The translations under genes were made by a program, and so were the position numbers. From an uncultured Alistipes sp. (GTDB lineage: Bacteria; Bacteroidota; Bacteroidia; Bacteroidales; Rikenellaceae), in assembly GCA_900549685.1 (NCBI GenBank), contig UROX01000001.1, forward strand, positions 133 to 64,132: a stretch of 64,000 nt of DNA, read 5' to 3'. The notes under the pieces were generated by a model. It searched no databases and had not been told where the DNA came from. It saw only the letters and a program-made list of their open reading frames with translations. Shown here in pieces: positions 62,787-64,000 of the stretch. Every line of letters begins with the position of its first letter. The first letter of the stretch is position 1.

Positions 62787-64000
62787 ATGGGAAAACGTAT
62801 TCTCTGCGCTCTGGCGAGCGTCGTACTGTTCGCCCTGCCGTGGCTGGGCGGAAGCGCGCTGACGCTGTTCGTAGCATTCGTGCCGTTGCTGTGCATCGAG
62901 CGCGACCTATACGGGAAAACCGGGAAAAAAGGACGCCCGCTGCGGTTCTGGCCCTACCCCGTACTCGTCTTCGCACTGTGGTGGCTCGCCACGGTGTGGT
63001 GGGTGGGATTCGCCGCGGTCATCGGCGTCGCAGCGGCAACGCTCGTGGGAACGGTGCTCATGGCCGGCGTTTTCCTGATCTATCATGCCGTCGCCCGACG
63101 GGCGCCGCGTCCGTTGGCCTACACGGTGCTGGTCGCGGGCTGGCTCGCCTACGAATGGCTCTACCTGCACGGCGAAATATCGTTCCCCTGGCTGGTGCTG
63201 GGCAACGGATTCGCCAGGGACATCCGGTTGGTGCAATGGTACGAATACACCGGGGCGCTGGGCGGATCGCTCTGGGTGCTGCTCGTCAATCTGCTCGTGT
63301 TCGAGGCCTGGAAACGCCGGCGCGACTTCCGGGCGTGGATCGCCCCGGGGATAGCTTTCGCACTGCCTGCCGCAGTATCGCTGGCAATGTACGCCTCGTA
63401 CCGCGAAGACGTTTCGCTCGGGAGCACGACCGTCGCGATCGTCCAGCCCAATGTCGATCCCTATAAAGAGAAATTCAAGCTCACCTCCGAACGGCGCAGC
63501 GAAATGCTCGTCGAACTGATGGAACAGGCGCCCGAGAACGTCGATTTCATCGTGGCTCCCGAAACGGCCATCGACGAGCGGTACATGGAGCACAGGCTCC
63601 TGCATGCCCCGTCGGTGGACCGCATCCGCACGTTCGTGCGCGAGCAGCGGCCGGAAGCGACGGTCGTCGTGGGGTCGCTCACCTACCGTCCCTACGAATC
63701 GGAGGAAACCGCCTCACCCACGGCCCGCCACAGCGGATCGCTCTGGTACGACGTCTACAACAGCGCCCTGTCACTCGACTCGACCGAACGGATCGGCATC
63801 CATCACAAGGCCAAACTGGTCATCGGCGTCGAGATGATACCCTATTATCCGCTGGTCAAGAAACTGAAATTTCTCGTCACCGATCTGGGCGGCATATCGG
63901 GCCAGCTCGGCTACGGGGACGTGCGGGAAGTGTTCGTCTCGCCGTCGGGCATCGCCGCAGGACCGGCGATCTGCTACGAGGCGATCTACGGCGAATATTT
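62787..64000 (+). CDS. lnt: Apolipoprotein N-acyltransferase (runs off the window end; not in the ORF track)
   Basis: Translated by hand: MGKRILCALAS...FVAFVPLL...FPWLVLGNGF...VQWYEYTG..GGS...VQPN...PETA...YNSA...HKAKLV..VE...ICYEAIYGE; -7 box TATCTTTG at 62758-62765. Confidence 0.92.
   Translation, partial: MGKRILCALASVVLFALPWLGGSALTLFVAFVPLLCIERDLYGKTGKKGRPLRFWPYPVLVFALWWLATVWWVGFAAVIGVAAATLVGTVLMAGVFLIYHAVARRAPRPLAYTVLVAGWLAYEWLYLHGEISFPWLVLGNGFARDIRLVQWYEYTGALGGSLWVLLVNLLVFEAWKRRRDFRAWIAPGIAFALPAAVSLAMYASYREDVSLGSTTVAIVQPNVDPYKEKFKLTSERRSEMLVELMEQAPENVDFIVAPETAIDERYMEHRLLHAPSVDRIRTFVREQRPEATVVVGSLTYRPYESEETASPTARHSGSLWYDVYNSALSLDSTERIGIHHKAKLVIGVEMIPYYPLVKKLKFLVTDLGGISGQLGYGDVREVFVSPSGIAAGPAICYEAIYGEY

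Overview
Mostly core housekeeping chromosome of a high-GC Bacteroidota, probably Rikenellaceae/Alistipes-like. The taxon is inferred from TAnnTTTG -7 promoter boxes, BACON lipoproteins, DUF4199/DUF4293/DUF4488-type genes, a Bacteroidota-type SRP RNA and futalosine-pathway mqnE. Recognisable genes: leuS, dxs, pyrH, frr, folE, upp, hflX, tRNA-Ala(GGC), rlmN, dut, carB, ffs, mltG, lolA-like, ftsK, murI, purL, aroK, parC/parE, rsmG, rpmH, mqnE, an RluA-family synthase, ispH, cmk and lnt. I see no integrase, transposase, prophage, CRISPR array, reverse transcriptase or defence island, so I cannot support a large novel system. The best oddities are: an in-frame DapA/PepE chimera at the left end with a compositional break (probably a misassembly); an AT-rich structured sRNA/small-ORF candidate (15555-15685); a perfect loop-less 50-bp palindrome (14100-14149); a beta-clamp-motif-like QMELF tail on ParC; a tandem pair of unknown secreted proteins; two BACON surface lipoproteins; and a palindromic pair of face-to-face promoters. 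Family assignments come from motif recognition by eye; no database searches were run.
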